Part shown: piece by piece, positions 15,675 through 18,982 of the stretch
Position numbering within the stretch: the stretch's first letter is position 1
Layout: each line of letters starts with the position of its first letter
NCBI GenBank assembly: GCA_964447495.1
Contig: CAYUTF010000026.1
Span: 7,192-26,173 of the forward strand
Origin: an uncultured archaeon
GTDB taxonomy: Archaea; Asgardarchaeota; Lokiarchaeia; Sigyniarchaeales; SOKP01
DNA: 18,982 bases
Direction of reading: 5' to 3'
Notes under the pieces: model-generated
Databases searched by the model: none
Seen by the model: only the letters and a program-made list of their open reading frames with translations
What the model was told of the DNA's origin: nothing
Program-made: the position numbers and the translations under genes

Positions 15675-16838
15675 TCATACGTCAATATCATCAAATAATC
15701 GCATCTGTCTTTTTCTCATAGCTGCATTAATCCTTGATTTTGCTAACTCAAAATACTCACTATCAATTTCTATACCAATAAAATTAAATCCCTCCATCAC
15801 TGCCCCTCTACCAGTCGACCCAGATCCCATAAATGGGTCCAAAATAACCCCATCCCTTGGAGTTACAAGCCTACACAAATATTTCATTAAATCTGTAGGC
15901 TTTACCGTTTCATGAAAATTCCCAATAAATTCTCTATTTCTACAATCACTCAATAACATTCCATGTTTAAATTGTGGTCTACTACTATTCAACCCGTCAT
16001 CACGGTCTTTTTTCTTGGCTTTTGAACAATAAAAAAATCTAGCTTTATTGCCCATCAATTTAACTGGACATGCTGGATGACATTTCCAATCCTCTATCGT
16101 TTCAAATCCATTTTCATCACCATGTCTAATCCAAGACCCTCTATAATCAAATTGAGAATATACATTTTTCCCTGGTTTAGATGGTTCAAGTCCAGATAAT
16201 GAACCACTTTTATTTTTTACTTTTTTATATCCTAAAAATTCACAATCAGGATGATGAGATAATACAATATTTGATGGCCATCTACCATCTTCATTTTGAC
16301 TATATTTTCTTCCTGATTTTTCCATAAATGTACCTATACCTATATAATCACTCTTTGTTTCTCTAAACCCAATATTGTCATCAGTTAATATTCTACATTC
16401 ATCTATATTTAAGCCACCAGTACTATAAACTCCAATATTATCTTCAATTGAACCAATATATTTTTTTCTTGCCAAACAAATAGGTTCATTAGCTGGCTTT
16501 AAAGAATATTTACTCTTAGGAAATCCATTACCGAATATCCATTGAATTTGATCCAATATTTCAAATCCAGCATCTTCTATATTCACAACAAGTCTATGAT
16601 ATGTTCTGGTACCACCAAATGAAAGTAAATGTCCTCCAGGTTTTAATACTCTCAAACACTCTTTCCATATATCAATAGAAGGAACATCATAATCCCATTT
16701 TTTTGACATAAATTTAATACCATATGGTGGGTCTGTAACTATAGAATCTATACAATTATCTTCAAACTCTTTAATAACTGATAAACATTCACCACAAAAC
16801 AAATCAACTGGTTTCTCAAACATATAAATCCACCACAA
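15675..16838 (-). CDS. DNA methyltransferase, N6A/N4C beta class
   Basis: Catalytic IVTDPPYG near the N-terminus, HETVKP, SAM-binding LDPFMGSGSTG near the C-terminus; start probably ATG 16823 (MFEKP). Confidence 0.93.
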   Translation of the reverse strand: MWWIYMFEKPVDLFCGECLSVIKEFEDNCIDSIVTDPPYGIKFMSKKWDYDVPSIDIWKECLRVLKPGGHLLSFGGTRTYHRLVVNIEDAGFEILDQIQWIFGNGFPKSKYSLKPANEPICLARKKYIGSIEDNIGVYSTGGLNIDECRILTDDNIGFRETKSDYIGIGTFMEKSGRKYSQNEDGRWPSNIVLSHHPDCEFLGYKKVKNKSGSLSGLEPSKPGKNVYSQFDYRGSWIRHGDENGFETIEDWKCHPACPVKLMGNKARFFYCSKAKKKDRDDGLNSSRPQFKHGMLLSDCRNREFIGNFHETVKPTDLMKYLCRLVTPRDGVILDPFMGSGSTGRGAVMEGFNFIGIEIDSEYFELAKSRINAAMRKRQMRLFDDIDV

Positions 16839-16839
16839 T

Positions 16840-17586
16840 TCAAAATAAACCTAATTGCCTACCACCTTTATCACCATCTATTTGATAATAAACAACTTCA
16901 CTACTTTTCTGCCTTTCTCCATCCTTAACAATAGTACTATTAGAATCACACAAACGACTAAAATCAAGCCATTTAGCACCATAATTTTCACAAACTATAA
17001 CTTGACCATGTCTTTCAATCGACCAATTAGCCAATTTTTCATAATTTAAACGACTAGAACCATAATGATAATATTTACCCGCATCAACATATGGTGGGTC
17101 TATAAACCATGTAGCATTTTCATTTTCTATTTCAACATACGATTTATTAACTATTTTCCAATGCCTTATATACCTCAACTGACGTGCTATCCTATTCTTA
17201 ATATATATACTCCAAAAAGATTTAGGTCGTGTACCACCTTTCATCCATTTAGATGGTAATTTACAAGGATGATCAGACCCTTTACTCAACCAAAATCCTA
17301 TCAAATATTTAGCACCTTCTGATACTGATAAATCATCAACACTATCAAAATCTATAGGCAAAGAAAGGATATCTGATTCACTAGCATTAATCAAATAATC
17401 CCATAATATACAAATCTTTTCATCTAAATCATAAAGAAGAACATCCTTATAATAATACCTAACTGAATACCCAGCAGACCCAGCAAATGGTTCTATTATT
17501 CTATTATATAATGGAGCATCATATAATGATGAAAGCCTCCATTTTCCACCATAATATGTAAAAAACGGAAACAAATTAGATGACAT
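16840..17586 (-). CDS. DNA adenine methyltransferase, Dam/D12-like alpha class
   Basis: FTYYGGKW, SAM-binding IEPFAGSAGYS, catalytic FIDPPY. Confidence 0.9.
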   Translation of the reverse strand: MSSNLFPFFTYYGGKWRLSSLYDAPLYNRIIEPFAGSAGYSVRYYYKDVLLYDLDEKICILWDYLINASESDILSLPIDFDSVDDLSVSEGAKYLIGFWLSKGSDHPCKLPSKWMKGGTRPKSFWSIYIKNRIARQLRYIRHWKIVNKSYVEIENENATWFIDPPYVDAGKYYHYGSSRLNYEKLANWSIERHGQVIVCENYGAKWLDFSRLCDSNSTIVKDGERQKSSEVVYYQIDGDKGGRQLGLF

Positions 17587-18287
17587 TAAGAAACCCTATT
17601 TAATTTATCTTCTCCTCTATATAAAACCGTCAAAGCATCAGATATTTCCTGACTTACTGTAACTTCAGATTCTTTTGACTTCTCAAATATCTTTAAATAA
17701 ACATCAACTGGAATTGCACAACGTATGTATTTAGTATTATTCCTAATACGACCAACACCTAAACCCAATTTATCAGAAATATTTTTATCATTTAATCTAA
17801 TATTTCTCAAATACAAAATTGGGTCTTCTATAAAATTCATCTCATCCATAAATCTATTTAACTCATCAACAGAAACACCTTTTTTTCTCAAACAATTTAC
17901 CATTTTAAGTTTCTGCTTATATTCAACCATTACATCATAAAATTTCTTTCCATTATGCATATTATTATATTCATTTTTCCAATCTCTCCAATTATCAGAA
18001 TTTATAAGTTTGTAATATACATTCGTATATGACCAAGGCATAGTTTCTACCCATTTTCTAGCAGCAACATCCCTAAATGACATTTTCCATTTATACAATA
18101 CCATAGATATCTGCACTGTTCTATAAGTGCAGCGAAGTTCTCCACTACAAAAATCCTTAAACGAACTACACCCAATTTCTTCATATATATTATTAGCCTT
18201 AATTTCTGATAAAACCTCTCCTAATTTCCAAAAAGAACGATTCATATCTTCTGATATTTTTTTAGCATACACTAACAATTTGTTCAT
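17586..18287 (-). CDS. Putative DNA-binding protein (DUF3102-like N-terminus, possible HTH and RHH at C-terminus)
   Basis: FWKLGEVLSEIK...YEEIGCSSFKDFCSGEL; NISDKLGLGVGRIR is HTH-like; IRCAIPVDVYLKIFEKSKESEVTVSQEISDAL is RHH-like. Confidence 0.6.
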   Translation of the reverse strand: MNKLLVYAKKISEDMNRSFWKLGEVLSEIKANNIYEEIGCSSFKDFCSGELRCTYRTVQISMVLYKWKMSFRDVAARKWVETMPWSYTNVYYKLINSDNWRDWKNEYNNMHNGKKFYDVMVEYKQKLKMVNCLRKKGVSVDELNRFMDEMNFIEDPILYLRNIRLNDKNISDKLGLGVGRIRNNTKYIRCAIPVDVYLKIFEKSKESEVTVSQEISDALTVLYRGEDKLNRVS

Positions 18288-18327
18288 TTTTCAACCTTTT
18301 CATCTTTCCTAATTAGCATCCAACTAA

Positions 18328-18660
18328 TTATCTTTTTCGCCAATACTGCTTTCTACTTTTCTTCTGAGTAGACATCCTCTTCAATGCAGTTTCTTTTCTC
18401 CAACCAAATCCAGTCCATTTAGCATATGGATACTTATCTCTTATATTTGCCCAAACAAACATACCCTTACTAGGTGCTCTCAAAAACCTATTATAAATTT
18501 GCTCTTGTACATTCGAATATCTATATACTGTACTACGTTGACCTTTCTCACTAGGCAAAAATTGAATGTACAAATATCTCTTCTTTGAATCATATCCAAC
18601 CGCTTCAACATTAGAGCTTTCTACAGAAACTAAAGTTGGTACTGTTGCTGGAAGTTTCAT
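18328..18660 (-). CDS. KTSC domain protein
   Basis: VESSNVEAVGYD...LYIQF...YRYSNV...FLRAPSKGMFVWANIRDKYPY is the KTSC signature; basic C-terminal tail. Confidence 0.92.
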   Translation of the reverse strand: MKLPATVPTLVSVESSNVEAVGYDSKKRYLYIQFLPSEKGQRSTVYRYSNVQEQIYNRFLRAPSKGMFVWANIRDKYPYAKWTGFGWRKETALKRMSTQKKSRKQYWRKR

Positions 18661-18705
18661 AACAAATATTATTACTCAATTATAATACAAAATCAACATT
18701 TTTAA

Positions 18706-18982
18706 AATCCAATTCCTTATCTGCTTCAATCCCTTCTATTCCTTTTCTGCTCTTCTACATTTTGCTCTGCAATGCTCTATTCTGTTCCATATCACTTCAC
18801 ATCAGTTCAATTCCTCTCGAATCCTTCTCTGCTCGAATCTATTCTCTTCCTATCTTTTCCTTTTCCTCTATAACCTATTCACTTCGACTCCGTTCTTCTC
18901 CACACCATTTCTCATCTGTTCCGTTCCCATCTAATCCTTTTCTAACTTTTCCAAACTGATCAACTCAACTCCATATCCGCTC
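18706..18982. repeat. Non-coding degenerate pentanucleotide array (NNWTC-like units) punctuated by CCWTHTC hinges; continues off the right edge
   Basis: e.g. atatc acttc acatc agttc aattc ctctc gaatc and tcatc tgttc cgttc ccatc taatc; strong pyrimidine/purine strand asymmetry; all three minus-strand frames contain several stops. Confidence 0.8.

Noticed and set aside
15675-17586. Complete restriction-modification system
   Set aside because: No adjacent endonuclease; the only PD-(D/E)xK protein is 14 kb away beside recA and fits a resolvase. GATC sites are frequent in the window, so there is no sign of avoidance of that site.
300-18312. Numerous plus-strand ORFs in the ORF track (e.g. 300-554, 8670-8999, 12164-12544, 14761-15180)
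   Set aside because: All are antisense shadows of well-supported minus-strand genes, with low-complexity S/I/F/L-rich translations and no recognisable motifs.
18310-18330. TAATTAG-N7-CTAATTA inverted repeat as a terminator after KTSC
   Set aside because: Almost entirely A/T stem with no U-tract on the coding strand; plausible by chance at this base composition.
18706-18982. CRISPR array, or the plus-strand 65-aa ORF 18762-18959, as an explanation of the terminal repeat region
   Set aside because: No identical 23-50 bp repeats with unique spacers. The plus ORF is an S/F/P/L-rich by-product of pyrimidine-rich sequence, with a TTG start and orientation opposite to all other genes.

Overview
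AT-rich segment of a large dsDNA bacteriophage (or prophage-like element) with all credible genes on the minus strand, tightly packed and read in the standard genetic code. In transcription order (right to left): a non-coding degenerate pentamer array at the right edge; a KTSC protein; a DUF3102-like DNA-binding protein; two orphan DNA methyltransferases; GroES; a SleB-like cell-wall hydrolase; several hypothetical genes; and a KhpA-like KH protein. A replication/recombination module follows: putative initiator, DnaC-like loader, DnaB helicase, gp32-like SSB with a DDDIPF tail, SF2 helicase, MerR-type HTH protein, RecA/UvsX-like recombinase, Holliday junction resolvase and a Gp37/Gp68 (DUF5131) protein. 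Several sigma70-type promoters punctuate the operons. The most unusual signals are the two-level pentamer/hinge repeat at 18706-18982, a GC-rich palindrome shared by two leaders, a KhpA homologue with a broken GxxG loop, 4-Cys insertions in RecA and the SF2 helicase, clamp-binding-like tails on both methyltransferases, and two small ORFs with T4-portal-like motifs. All family calls come from motif recognition by eye; no database search was run.
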